This document shows, one piece after another, positions 9,626 through 20,006 of a stretch of DNA of 64,000 nucleotides; within the stretch, counting starts at the first letter, position 1; each line of letters starts with the position of its first letter. The notes under the pieces were generated by a model that had not been told where the DNA came from, did no database searches, and saw only the letters and a list, made by a program, of their open reading frames with translations. The translations under genes were made by a program, and so were the position numbers. The stretch is from Gemmatimonadota bacterium (GTDB lineage Bacteria; Gemmatimonadota; Gemmatimonadetes; Palauibacterales; Palauibacteraceae). The DNA lies in NCBI GenBank assembly GCA_963666735.1, contig OY762926.1, positions 160,001-224,000 of the forward strand, read 5' to 3'.

Positions 9626-10848
9626 TAGTGTCATGTCACACATCATACGTCGGATAGAGGCGCTTGAGCTTGATGCGGGCGTCGTCCGTGGTGAACTGCC
9701 AGTCGACCTTGGCTCGGATCCGGTCCCTGGCCGCCTGCCAAGCGGCGACTTCGGCGCGCAGGGTGTCGGTGGAGTCGATGCGGCGGTTGAGGCACTGGCG
9801 GATCATGACGTTGAGTTCGACCTCGGCGACGTTCAGCCAGCTGCCGTGCTTGGGAGTGTAGACGAACTCGAAGCGATCCCAAAGCGCCTTGGCCTCTGCG
9901 GGTTCGAAGGTCTCGTAGAGCGCGCCGGGGCGGTGCGTGTTGAGGTTGTCCATCACCAAGGTGATCCGGGTGGCGCCGGGGTACTGCGCGGCGATGTCGC
10001 GCAGAAAGCGGGCCCAGTCGGTCTTGGTTCTGCGCTCGGTCACCTTGGTGTTGCGCCGGCCGGCCAGCGGCTCGGTGGCCATGAACACGTTGCAGGTTCC
10101 GAGGCGCCGGTACTCGTAGTCCTCGCGCGCCGCCCGTCCCGGTGCCGCAGGGACGGGCGTGCGCGTCTCGCCGATCAGCTGGCGCGGCGTCTCGTCCATG
10201 CACACGACGGGGAAGTTCGGATCGTACGGACGCCGGTAGATGTCGAGCACCCGCTCCATCCCGGCCGCGAAGTCGGCGTTGCGCCGCGGCGGGATCACCC
10301 AGCCGACGCGCCGCCAGGGTTTGATGGCGTTTTTTCTAGCACCCGCCGCACCGTCTCGTGCGAAACGCTGTCGATGTAGCCGAGCTCCACCGCCTTGTCC
10401 GCCAGCAGGCGCAGCGACCACTGAGCGCGCCCCTCGGGCGGATCGCCGCAGCTGAGCGCGACGAGGCGCGCCTCGAATTCGCCGTCCGCCTTGCGAAGAT
10501 ACTTCGCGCGACGACCCTGCCGAGCCCCGAGCGCCGCCTCCAGACCGTCCTCCACAAACCGCTTCCTGACCCGGTCCACCCTGCGCGCGCTGATCCGCAA
10601 CACCCCGGCGATCTCCCTGCCGGTCGTCCGCCGATCGTTGAACTCGCCCTCGTCGCAATTGAGCAGAACCAGCGCGTTGACCACCCTCTGGGAACGATGC
10701 GACCCCTTGCGCGTGATCGCCCCCAACGCCTCGCGCTCCCCCGCCTCCAACTCCACCAGATACCGTTTCATGCCAGCCTCCCCGCCATTGTGGACTGGCA
10801 TGAAACCTAACACGATCCTTACGACATATCACGTGTGACATGACACTA
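9626..10848 (-). mobile_element. IS630-family insertion sequence, copy 2 (1223 bp, diverged isoform of copy 1)
   Basis: Same IRs and CTAG context, same length, scattered substitutions. Confidence 0.93.
9636..10771 (-). CDS. IS630 transposase (orfA 10771-10295 plus orfB via -1 frameshift)
   Basis: VLEK|NAIKPW junction at an A6 run near 10330-10335; DDE motifs as in copy 1. Confidence 0.9.
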
Positions 10849-10898
10849 GTTTGATTCCGCTTCTCCGCCCTCCGCCGACCCGGAACCGCATCTCTCAC

Positions 10899-11280
10899 AT
10901 GCTCAACCACCTCGAACCTCGCCGCGTCACCGTCGGAGACCGCCGGGCCAAGCTCTATCTCGGACGCGGCCCGCTCGCGCTCGAAGTCGTCGTGGTCGCG
11001 TTGGACGGGCGGCCCCGGATCGCGGATCTCAGGGCGATGTTCCGGGCGCCGCGCCGCGCCGGTGCTGATCGTGGCGCCTTGGGGCGCGGGACGGGCGGCG
11101 GTGTGCGGCCCGACCGAGCACAACCCGGTGGAGCAGCGGGACCTGCCGGTCGAGCAAGTCGAGGCCGTATGCGGCAAGGCACTGGAGGCAGCCGGACCGC
11201 ACACCGCGATCCGGCTTCTTCATCGGCTGCTTCCCCGCGCTGGACGCGCCGATCCCAGGCCTCCGCAACGACGGCCTCTA
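10899..11280 (+). pseudogene. Frameshifted N-terminal fragment, possibly of a type IIG-like restriction-methylase
   Basis: Across frames: LEVVVV..RPRIADLRAMF..VLIVAPWG..AAVCGP..ALDAPIPGLRNDGL; resemblance recalled, not verified. Confidence 0.35.
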
Positions 11281-11283
11281 CAC

Positions 11284-11311
11284 AAGGCCGGGGTGTGAAC
11301 CCCGGCGACAC
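11284..11311 (-). repeat. Solitary, 3'-truncated CRISPR-repeat variant
   Basis: Minus strand GTGTCGCCGGGGTTCACACCCCGGCCTT matches the first 28 nt of the array repeat at 24/28 and keeps the hairpin. Confidence 0.7.
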
Positions 11312-11409
11312 GCGCCGTCACTCCCTGCAATCCCACATGCGAGTCGAGCACCTGAACAAACGTGATCAAAGCCGCTTAACGCGGTGGCTCGGTGAGGCAA
11401 GTCGCTCAC

Positions 11410-12098
11410 CCAGAGTTGGCTGGGTGTGCATCTTCGTCGTCGCCGTCTTGAAGCGTCTCTTGGTCGCGCCCTCGATCCCCAAGCCCCTCATCAGCCGCCC
11501 CGCGCGCCTCTGGCCCCACCCGCCCTCGGCCCCGAGCGCCGCGTGGACCCGCGGACCGCCGTACGTCTCGCCACTTCCGGTCCAGATCGACCCGACCCGC
11601 GCGTCGATCTCCGCGTCCCGTCGCGCGGGTGCCGAGGGAGGACGCTTGAGCCAGTCGTAGTAGCCGCTGGAGGAGGAGATCCAGCACCCGGCACATGGCC
11701 CGAAGCGGAAACTCGGCCCGGTGCGTCTTCATGAACGCGTACCCCCGTTGGGGATCGGTCCGCTCTCCCGCGCGAACCAGGCTGCCGACTTTTCTTAGGA
11801 TGTCACGCTCCATCCGGAGCCGCTTGTTCTCCCGCTTCAGGCGCGACATCTCTCGCCGCGTCTCGGCCGTCAGACCGTCGCTCCGCTCCCCCTCGTCCAG
11901 CTCCGCCTGTCTGACCCAGTCCGGATCGTCTGCTCCGAGGGCTCGAACTCCCGAGCCAGCGACCCCGGGCTACGACCCCCGCGCAAGCTCGACAAGCCGT
12001 TCCCGGTACTCCGGCGGGTACCGCCCCGCTCTTGCCGCCACGACACACCTCCTTGGTTGGCCCAATGGAGACGTGTCCATGAAGACGGGGCAACTCCA
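11410..12098 (-). mobile_element. Truncated, frameshifted IS3-family element (left end, orfA, start of orfB) related to 46700-48035
   Basis: IRL TGGAGTTGCCCCGTCTTCATGGACAC; YPPEYRERLVEL, RLKRENKRLRMERDIL, MKTHRAEFPLRAMCRVL. Confidence 0.85.
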
Positions 12099-12401
12099 AC
12101 ATACGAAAGTACTTGGCCCAACTGCCACCAACTCGGTCCTGAATCCCGCTTGCCCACCTGGGGGCGTCCACATTACGAACGGTTACCGGCGAAACGCGGA
12201 ACCTGCCGGTTAACGAACCGATCGGTGCCTACGACCCCGCAGTCTGCCCTGCTCGGTAGCGATACCCATCTGCTTGTGTGATACATCTGCGGTCGATAAC
12301 GTTCGACCACATTGAGCGGAGGGTTCACGAGTGATCGGGTCACGCTGGCAAGGTGAGCATCCCCAGTCGAGACGACACCAAGCTAGCCCCAAGAGGACGT
12401 A

Positions 12402-12707
12402 GTGAGCATCTACCCTCCCGGTTTGGCGGAGATCCTCGACGGCTTGGACGAGCGGTGCGAAGGACTGGCCCGTGAGCACGAGCAAGGTTCCTGCGATGGC
12501 CCGCATGACCCAGTGACTTGGCAGCAGATCAACGACAAGTTCGTCGAGGCCGTGGCAACCGTCATGATGGAAGCGCGCCGTGATGTTTTTTGTTATTTCG
12601 GGACGCATGACTGGGAACCGCGCTACATGCTCGGTCGACTCCATGATCTGCTGAACGTTGATCCCTCCACATATGCGAAGGCGGCGGTAAAGCGGATTTG
12701 GCCCTAG
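12402..12707 (+). CDS. Hypothetical protein (101 aa)
   Basis: RBS-like GAGGA before GTG; ordinary globular composition; no recognised family. Confidence 0.4.
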   Translation: MSIYPPGLAEILDGLDERCEGLAREHEQGSCDGPHDPVTWQQINDKFVEAVATVMMEARRDVFCYFGTHDWEPRYMLGRLHDLLNVDPSTYAKAAVKRIWP

Positions 12708-12850
12708 CAGGCCTTCGGTCATCTCGTCGCCTCAGAGAGGGGAGCCCGGTTCCCGGTTGTGTCCTCCGGCGATGCCCTCCAGCCGCATTCACGGCCGCTT
12801 CGAACGACGCAAACGACGCTGTGAGCCCGATGGGCCGACGGGCTGGCCCG

Positions 12851-14342
12851 AGTGTTTTCCAATACGGAGATGAGCCTGAACGCGGAGTGGTGAGCCGGGC
12901 CCGCGGGGCCGTTGGCGTTGGGCTCTCTCCCGGATAATCCTCGCTGGAGGGAGAGTCGCGCAACGGGGGCCGGGGGGAGCGGACACGGGGACTCAGGCGA
13001 CCGATACGGCGGGGGCGAGAGAGCGGAAGAGGTCGCGGCGGGCCTCGCGGACGGTCCTGGCGGCCTGGAGGCCGGGGGTGGCCGAGGCGACGCGGTCGAG
13101 CGCCTCGAAGGTGACGCCCTCGCGGAGAAAGCTCTCCGCGTCGTCGAGAGACTTGAGCTTCTCGTAGGGGGTGGCGACGTCCTGTTGGCGGTAGCGCTTC
13201 TTGATGCGGCCGCGGGGACCCTCGACCTCGGAGGGGAAGAGGCAGGGCCGGTGGAAGTTGAGGAAGGGGCAGAGGTGGTCGCGGAGGAAGTCGTTGACGG
13301 CGGGGGCGCACCCGGCGGGGATGTGTGCGCGTCCGAGCCACTTGCGGACGATGGCTCCGTTCTTGGACTCGACGAGCGCGTTGTCGTTGGAGTGACGCGG
13401 GCGGGACTTGGTGAACTGGCCGATGTGCAGTTTGTTGAGCATGTCGGCGACGTGGTGGTTGACGTACTCCGAGCCGTTGTCGGCGTGGAAGGCCCGGACT
13501 TGGAAGGGGAAGGCGGTGAGGAGGTCTTCGAGGACGGGGAGCATGAAGATCTCGGTGATGCGGGAGACGGAGCCGATGTGCTCGAACTGGGTGACCTGGT
13601 CGACGACGTTGAGGACGTAGAGGCCCTTTACGCCGTTGAGGTCCCCCTGGTGGACGGTGTCGACGCGGACGAAGCCGGGGCGGCCGTCGGGATCGGGCTT
13701 GCGGCGGACGCCGATGGAGACTTGGACGGGGCGGGTCTTGTCGAGGGAGAGGGCTCCCAGACGGTAGTCCCGCCGCTTGCGGAGGTTGTGGATGTGGCCG
13801 TTGGAGATGTGCGCGAGGCGCTCGAAGCGCCCGTCGCCGCGGACCTCGTACTGGCGGCGGAGGACCTCCTTGGTGGCGGGTCCGGAGAGGCGGCCGTAGG
13901 CGGCGTCGACCTCGGCCGGGAGGGCGGCGTCGCCGGGCGTGTAGCGCCGCTGGAAGGCGTTGGCCGGGGGCTTCCCGCGCCGGTCGCGGATGTGGCCGGT
14001 CCTCTTGTGCTGGGCGATGAGCCGGGTGAGCTGCGCTCTCGAGAGGCCGGTCACCTTGGCCAGATAGGCCTTGACGAGGCCCTTGTCTCGCTTGCCGAGG
14101 CGGTGGTGGCGGAGCCTCTCCAGCGACCGTCTCACGAAAACGTAGGCCGAGTCCCGGTCGTTGAGGGTGAAATCCACCGGCTCGCTGCCCTCGAGGAAGG
14201 CGCGAACCTCATGAAGCGTCCGAATCCGTTCGGTGCGAAGCGTCACGATCATGCCTCCATGATCTCATCGCCCCGCGCCTCAGGCTCACATGCCGGTGGA
14301 AACCCGTCCCTCGTTCAGGCTCATGTCCCGTTGGACAAGACT
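12851..14342 (-). mobile_element. ISNCY/IS481-like insertion sequence with 5-bp TSD GCCCG
   Basis: Imperfect IRs AGTGTTTTCCAA..GAGATGAGCCTGAACG / reverse complement AGTCTTGTCCAA..GACATGAGCCTGAACG; GCCCG at 12846-12850 and 14343-14347. Confidence 0.85.
12993..14252 (-). CDS. DDE (rve) transposase, 419 aa
   Basis: PGFVRVDTVHQGD, FHADNGSEY, SRPRHSNDNALVESKNG. Confidence 0.9.
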   Translation of the reverse strand: MIVTLRTERIRTLHEVRAFLEGSEPVDFTLNDRDSAYVFVRRSLERLRHHRLGKRDKGLVKAYLAKVTGLSRAQLTRLIAQHKRTGHIRDRRGKPPANAFQRRYTPGDAALPAEVDAAYGRLSGPATKEVLRRQYEVRGDGRFERLAHISNGHIHNLRKRRDYRLGALSLDKTRPVQVSIGVRRKPDPDGRPGFVRVDTVHQGDLNGVKGLYVLNVVDQVTQFEHIGSVSRITEIFMLPVLEDLLTAFPFQVRAFHADNGSEYVNHHVADMLNKLHIGQFTKSRPRHSNDNALVESKNGAIVRKWLGRAHIPAGCAPAVNDFLRDHLCPFLNFHRPCLFPSEVEGPRGRIKKRYRQQDVATPYEKLKSLDDAESFLREGVTFEALDRVASATPGLQAARTVREARRDLFRSLAPAVSVA

Positions 14343-15782
14343 GCCCGTGTCGAGGGGGGGAGGAGGGCGCTATTTTGGCAGGGAAGCCGTGAATCATGTT
14401 CTGGACTCGAGATGGCGTGTGGAGACGACGGCTCAAGTCGGTAGCGGTTCTGTTGGCCGTCGCAGCAGCGGCCTACATAGGTGGAAGGGCATCCGGGGGC
14501 GGCGCCGATACGTTGCGAATCCGGCGATCTTCCACCTGGACCCCACCTTCTCCGCTGGACAGCTCGGAATGCCGGACACCCTCCTGGTCCCGAACGGTCT
14601 GGCAGCCTTCGTCGAAACGGACAACTTCTGCACCCACGGCCATAACCGTGAGGAAAGGGTCCGGTTGAGTCTCGGCCGCCGCAGCGAGGTGCGCGTCCCG
14701 GAGCAGGGCCATGGATCATTGACTCAGATCGCCTCGCGTCTTCAAGTTGGTCGAGACACTCGCAGTGGTCGGCGTGCCGGCGGCCGTGCCAGCAGCGGGC
14801 ACAAGAGGTCATCGACCTACCTTCGGAGCGTCGCCATTTGAATCCGGCGTTGGACCCGGTGCCGTTGCAGGTATCGAGTTGCTTTTAGGCGTCCAGATTG
14901 AGGTGTTCGATGTTCGCCATCAGCTTGGCTGCTGGCCGGAGATGAGCCCCGAAAGAGGCTTCGGGTTCGAGCGATGGCGCGGGGACGGTTAGCGTCTTGG
15001 GGAAGTGCCGATGCGGGCGACGCCGCTCGCAACCGCAGGGGTGTGCGACGGCTTTGCAGCCGCTCCTCATCTGGTCTTCCACGCGGCGGCGGGGTTCGGC
15101 GATGTCTCGGAATGGCGAGGGGCTCCACTCGGGCAGCTTTGGCGGCCTTGATCCCCGAGGTGCGGTCGGTCTCGTCGAGTGGTTGACCCCCGTGTTTCGA
15201 TGCCTCGTGCAGACACCGTGGAGGACTGGCATGCGCAACAACCCCATGCCGCGCTCCGCCGACCTCACTCCCGGTCACCAATCCCTCGCGTGAAAGCCTT
15301 AGGCGGGTGCCCGTCGGCAGTGGTTTCGCCTGGGGTCGGTGAGAGCCTGAGCGAGGAGCCTGAAGGGCGGAGTCCAGAAAGCGAGGCCTTGACTAGTGAA
15401 GCTATCGTTGGAGACCCTGTCGTTGCTTCGGCAGAGGATGGAATCCAGCTTGGACACGTCTCGCGTCCTTCTGCGGCGGTCGTCGTGATCATCACGAGCA
15501 CGTATCTGTCCACCACTCGCGGTCGCTACAGGTACCTCTTCTTCCTACTCCTCAAAGACTATGATCAAGAACAACGGGAGTTCTCGAACGCTCTGAGGGC
15601 AAGCTTGGAGCGCTTCGCACGTCAACTGCAGAGTGAAGGCGCGCTCATACGACCATTCACAGGCGACGTTGAGGCGACTCGAAGGCAGGTTCTTGACAGG
15701 CGCTGGACTCGATCCGCGAAGCAGGAGATCAAGAGCACACCAAGCCTGCTGATGATCAACCGCGACTTCGACACATTCGACC

Positions 15783-17204
15783 CTAGCAGGCCGTGGAAGA
15801 AGTGGTCGCCGACGCGGGCGACTGTGGAAGCGGAAAGTGGCGGATGATTCGGGTGCTGTTATGCAAAAGGCGGCCCGGGGGGCGGCGAAGGCCGCGATTC
15901 GCGCCCCGGAGGCCGAGAATGCGCCCGATTCGGCCGAAGATGGCGGCAAAACCGCGTGCGGAGGCGTCCGCGAGGGCCGCGGTCGATGCCGCGAGGCCCT
16001 GCAGGCCGCGCGGGGTGCCGAAGCCGAAGCGGCCGCGCATCGCCAAGGAGAGGTTGAAGGCGGCGGCGTGAACGAGCATCCGTTTTCGGATCTCCTCCTG
16101 CCCGCGGACGTGAACGCGGCGCATTCCTCCGCTGCCGAGCAGGTGCGCGAAAGTCCGTTCCAGCTTCTCCCCGCGCTGGCGCTGTAACCGCTTCCCCCGC
16201 TCGCCGCGGATCCGGCGGCGGTTGCCGTACACGGCCTTCTGCGCGTCCCGCTTGCCCTTCCACTTCCGGCGGCCCCGGTTCGGCTCGCTGACATAGCTCC
16301 GCAGTCCCCGCTCCCTCACGCCCGTCATGGTCGCGTTCGAGTGGTAGCCCTTGTCGGCCACCACCTCCCTCGCCTCCGCGCCCGCCTCCGCCAGCCGCCG
16401 CTCCGTCTCGTCCAGCGTCACCGGCAGCGACGCGCAGTCGCCGCCGTCCATCGTCTGCACCGTCACGGCGACCACCGCGCCGGTCTCCATGTCGACCGCC
16501 TGCTCGAGCTTGTGCGCCAGGCGCGTGCGGCCGTCCTTCATCTTCGCGATCCGCGCCTCCGGGTCGTGCGGATGCTTCCAGTCCTTGTTCGACCCCTTCC
16601 CCGGACGCTTGCGGTCCAGCTTCGCAAGGTCGGCCCGCGTCGGCGTCTCGATCCCCGACGCCTTCGCCAGCTGTTCGAGCCACGCGTCGTACTCCGTCTC
16701 GTCGTCACGCCGCACGATCGCGCGCAGCGCCGCGTTCGCCTCCAGCGTCGTCGAGTCCACCCCCACCGTCCCGCCCCGCAGCAGCCCCGACTCCCGCAGC
16801 ACCTCCAGCACCCAGCCGAACACCGCCCCGTGCGCCTCCACGCTCAGACGCTTGCGCGTCTTCGACAGCGTGGAATGCTCCGGCGGCGTCTTCGCCAGAC
16901 CGTAGCCCAGGAACTCCCGCAGCGAGATCGAGTCCCGGCAACGCCACGCGATCCCCCGCTCCGAGCCGATCCCCTCCAGGTATCCCACCATCAGCATCCG
17001 GAAGTACACCCCCGGCGGAAGGCCCGGCCGGCCCATCCGCGCCGCGTAGAACTCCCGGCACGCCTCCTCGGCGAACTCGTCGAAGCCGCTCCCGCGCAGA
17101 AGCCTGTCCAACGCCGCGTAGAACGGGTTGTCCAGCGCACGCACCGCGCTCGCCGCAATGAACAGCTCCTCCTGACGCTCCCCCGGCATCCTGCCCACCG
17201 CCAT
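15783..17204 (-). CDS. IS1182/IS5-like transposase (DUF772 plus DDE), 473 aa
   Basis: GRPGLPPGVYFRMLMVGYLEGIGSERG, VDSTTLEANA, VADKGYH, R.EKLERTFAH; the stop codon lies in the duplicated CTAG. Confidence 0.88.
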   Translation of the reverse strand: MAVGRMPGERQEELFIAASAVRALDNPFYAALDRLLRGSGFDEFAEEACREFYAARMGRPGLPPGVYFRMLMVGYLEGIGSERGIAWRCRDSISLREFLGYGLAKTPPEHSTLSKTRKRLSVEAHGAVFGWVLEVLRESGLLRGGTVGVDSTTLEANAALRAIVRRDDETEYDAWLEQLAKASGIETPTRADLAKLDRKRPGKGSNKDWKHPHDPEARIAKMKDGRTRLAHKLEQAVDMETGAVVAVTVQTMDGGDCASLPVTLDETERRLAEAGAEAREVVADKGYHSNATMTGVRERGLRSYVSEPNRGRRKWKGKRDAQKAVYGNRRRIRGERGKRLQRQRGEKLERTFAHLLGSGGMRRVHVRGQEEIRKRMLVHAAAFNLSLAMRGRFGFGTPRGLQGLAASTAALADASARGFAAIFGRIGRILGLRGANRGLRRPPGRLLHNSTRIIRHFPLPQSPASATTSSTAC

Positions 17205-17289
17205 CGCCAACCTCCCGTTGCCTTCTTGTCCCGCCCACAATCTAACCATCAACACCGGCGCGCGACATCGCGACTTTTTCCACGGGCTG
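15787..17289 (-). mobile_element. IS1182/IS5-like insertion sequence with CTAG duplication
   Basis: IRs CAGGCCGTGGAAGAAGT / reverse complement CAGCCCGTGGAAAAAGT; CTAG at 15783-15786 and 17290-17293. Confidence 0.88.
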
Positions 17290-17562
17290 CTAGGGAGCAT
17301 CCGTGGCTCCACATCAAGATCCCGTTGCGTGGGCGCGAGGAGGAGGCTGGTCGGATGCTCGAGGATCTGGCGAGGCTGATCACCTCTGAGCCGGAGGAGG
17401 ATGTTTTTCGGCGAGCCCATCGGATCGTGCGCAGGGCAAGTCTGGACCTCGGCAGGATTGTGGAGATCAGGCCCAGCGTCTTCGGAGTCAGCCTGAACTC
17501 TGAGGGCCTCAGAGACTTTGTACAGCAGGTCGTCGGTTCGAGGCGGGGTCGAAGCGCCAACT

Positions 17563-17640
17563 ACTGATCGCCTGCCTGCCGATCTGGTTGAGGTTGTTTC
17601 CGATGTGAGCAACCCTGCTTGGTGCGCTCGCGCTCGACCG
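17563..17640 (-). pseudogene. MobC C-terminal remnant
   Basis: VAHIGNNLNQIGR motif, similar to mobC at 41426. Confidence 0.6.
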
Positions 17641-17749
17641 GGGCCCTGAATCACCTTTCGATCGTGTTCGAGGGCCGAATGCCCGTATGAGTGCGAGGGC
17701 CATTTACACAGAAAATCTGACAGTCCCGTGCCTCCCCCTCGCCAGCCCC

Positions 17750-18096
17750 GGCGGCCACGCTCCCGAGCCACCACTCGGCCTGCGCGTTCAGGTCCGCGTC
17801 GCCGGCGAAGCTGCGGCCGTAGGCGAAGCTCTTGCGCACGTAGCCGATGGGGCGCTCGACCTTCCCCTTCGTCTTCGCCCGGGAGGGCCGGCAGGCCCTG
17901 GGCCGGAAGCCCCAGTGCGCGGCGAAGCGGAGGAACTCGGCGTTCTCGGTCACGCGGCCGCCCTCGCCCCTCAGATCCCGGATGATCACGCTCTTCATCT
18001 GGTCGAACAGGAGCTCCCGCGGCACGCCGCCGAAGTCCTGCTGCGGGTAGAACCGGAGCCACAACAGCCGCGAGTAGCCGACCGCGACCGCGCCGT
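17750..18096 (-). pseudogene. IS21-family IstA internal fragment
   Basis: GYSR, FGGVPRELLFDQMK, FAAHWGF.PRACRP.RAKTKGKVER. Confidence 0.85.
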
Positions 18097-18632
18097 TGAT
18101 ATCCGTTCGATTAAGAATCAGCCCCTCGAAAGCTCGGAAAGTTGTCCCAAAACTCGGCATCGATCCCGAGACTTGCATGGTCGCAAGCGATTCAAGGGTC
18201 ACCGATCCCGTGGATCACTTGAGATGGTCATTCGTGCGGGCGATGGGACACCGTGAGACAGTTCCGGGCCGGGATCAGTCAGCTCGAAGAGGAGCGCATC
18301 CCACGCCCGATCAGCCGCCGCCGAAACCTCCGGAGCGGCCCCTGAGTCCGGGGGAGTTCGCCGTTCGGAGGCCTTAGACCGGGGTTTCGGGGCCGCCTCG
18401 GGGGCCGGGGAGGCCACGGAATCGCCCTCCGCAGCCGGAACCGGGTCGGATTCCGCGTCTCCCGCGCCGGGGGTCGGGTCCTCTCTTTCCCCAGCCCCCG
18501 GTCCCTCGAAGCGCTTAGACGCGCTCACAGCGCCCCCGCCGTCACCGCCAGCCACTCGCGGATGTTACCAAAGCGGAAGTCCCACGCCGGTCCCGGTCGA
18601 AGCCGGTCGATCCGCCATAGGGTCCCTCGGGG

Positions 18633-18821
18633 TCACGGAGTCCGCCGCCGTGTCTCGAACCCGTGCGCCGTGAGCACGGCCGCCGCTTCCTCGGGGCCGG
18701 ACACGTCCGCCTCCCGCTCGCGGCCGTCACCGTCGCGCCAGCGCACCCGCCGCACGTCCGGAGGGACAGCCACGGGGTAGAGCCTCGACAGCCCGCGAAC
18801 GTCCAGAGTTCCGCCCGTCAC
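18633..18821 (-). CDS. Small hypothetical protein (62 aa)
   Basis: GTGA overlap with the upstream stop; its start sequence is duplicated at 19490-19510. Confidence 0.4.
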   Translation of the reverse strand: MTGGTLDVRGLSRLYPVAVPPDVRRVRWRDGDGREREADVSGPEEAAAVLTAHGFETRRRTP

Positions 18822-19399
18822 TGCCGGCATTCGTTGACCCGTAGGTATTCGTCGACGAATACGTCCAGCAGCCCACGAAGGGCTTCAAAACGGCCGCTAC
18901 CCTCTCTAATCCACGTGTTGAGGCTTCCGCTCGTTCCCGTCCGCGGGTCCTGAAACCCGTTCTTCCAAAATTCCAGCTTGAAGTCCCAGTCCCCGAAGCG
19001 GTCCCCGTAGAGGCGGCCCCCAAAGACGAAGAGACGGTCGGGGGCTTCCGGGTCATAGATTCTCGCGGCCCGCAACCGGCTTCGGACGGCGGTTTCGGTT
19101 TCGGCTTCAGTTTCGCCCCCGCCCGCCATGACGACGGTGAGATTCACCGCACAGCCGGTATACAGAACGAAGCGCGATCGGTCGCTGACATACTCCTGGG
19201 AAGCCACGGGCCGGGGGAGTAGTGACGCCACGGCAATGAGAACGAGCGGGAGGGTTCGCTTGCCGCCCGCCCGTGCGTAGCGCTCGCTGTTCCGCCGCTT
19301 CTTCCGCTCCCGAGCGCACCCGTCCCCGCAGGTCTTGGCCGCCGGGCCGCGCCGGTCGGGGATGGCGCTTTCGCACTCGGTAGAGGTCCGGGGTTCCAC
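18818..19399 (-). CDS. Exported hypothetical protein, paralog A, with an extra N-terminal Cys/Arg-rich segment
   Basis: TLPLVLIAVA signal-like segment; TAVRSRLRAARIYDPEA and F.DEYLRVNEC shared with paralog B; start inferred by position. Confidence 0.55.
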   Translation of the reverse strand: MEPRTSTECESAIPDRRGPAAKTCGDGCARERKKRRNSERYARAGGKRTLPLVLIAVASLLPRPVASQEYVSDRSRFVLYTGCAVNLTVVMAGGGETEAETETAVRSRLRAARIYDPEAPDRLFVFGGRLYGDRFGDWDFKLEFWKNGFQDPRTGTSGSLNTWIREGSGRFEALRGLLDVFVDEYLRVNECRQ

Positions 19400-19506
19400 C
19401 GCCGCGCCGCTCAACTGGACGCCTCCCCCGTCCGGACTGTCGGGAGCCGCGCCGCGCCATCCCTCGATCAGCCCTTCCATCCGCGCCACGTCCAGGATCC
19501 CGCCCG

Positions 19507-19992
19507 TCACTGCCCGCATTCATTGACCCGTAGGTATTCGTCGATGAATGCGTCCATGTGCTGGGCCACCGATGCAAGGATGAAGCTCGCATCGCCTTGG
19601 CCGAGCGAGCCGCTATGCCACGTCCCGGCCGGGCCGCGACCGGCGGAAAGGTCGTATAGCCATTTGTAGAGTTCGATACTGTAGCTGTAGGGGGAAGTTC
19701 GACCGGTCCCCCCTAATACGTTCACGTTGATGTAGAGATAGGCGAGAGCCTCCGGGTCGTAGATGCGTGCGGCGCGCAACCGACTCCGAACGGCCGTAGT
19801 GATTCGCGATTTGGTAAGGCCGATCTCCCCAGCCGTATCGGGAAGACCTTCGACCACCAATCTCACTGCACAGCCGGTATCCAGGTGGAAGCGGTCCCGC
19901 TCGCTAACCTCCCGCTCGGCAGTTTGGGCAGCCACGGGGCCGGGGAGTAGTGCCGCTACGGCAATGAGAACGAGCGGGAGGGTTCGATCCAC
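19507..19992 (-). CDS. Exported hypothetical protein, paralog B (161 aa)
   Basis: Signal peptide ending VAA-Q; same conserved blocks as paralog A. Confidence 0.65.
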   Translation of the reverse strand: MDRTLPLVLIAVAALLPGPVAAQTAEREVSERDRFHLDTGCAVRLVVEGLPDTAGEIGLTKSRITTAVRSRLRAARIYDPEALAYLYINVNVLGGTGRTSPYSYSIELYKWLYDLSAGRGPAGTWHSGSLGQGDASFILASVAQHMDAFIDEYLRVNECGQ

Positions 19993-20006
19993 GCGTCCGC
20001 CGCCGC

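Larger units (their letters stand above)
15485..17567 (+). pseudogene. Hypothetical protein (~191 aa reconstructed) interrupted by IS at CTAG
   Basis: ...INRDFDTFDP|R EHPWLHIKIP... is in frame after removing 15787-17293; start approximate. Confidence 0.65.

Noticed and set aside
2492..10848. Composite transposon formed by the two IS630 copies
   Set aside because: The copies are diverged and each has its own CTAG context; independent insertions explain it.
5790..12098. A single IS3 element split by 5.5 kb of nested DNA
   Set aside because: Orientation fits, but there is no target duplication and most of orfB is missing; cannot be supported.
14396..15280. Short ORFs including one with a TM-like segment
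   Set aside because: No recognisable family or consistent frame; left unannotated.
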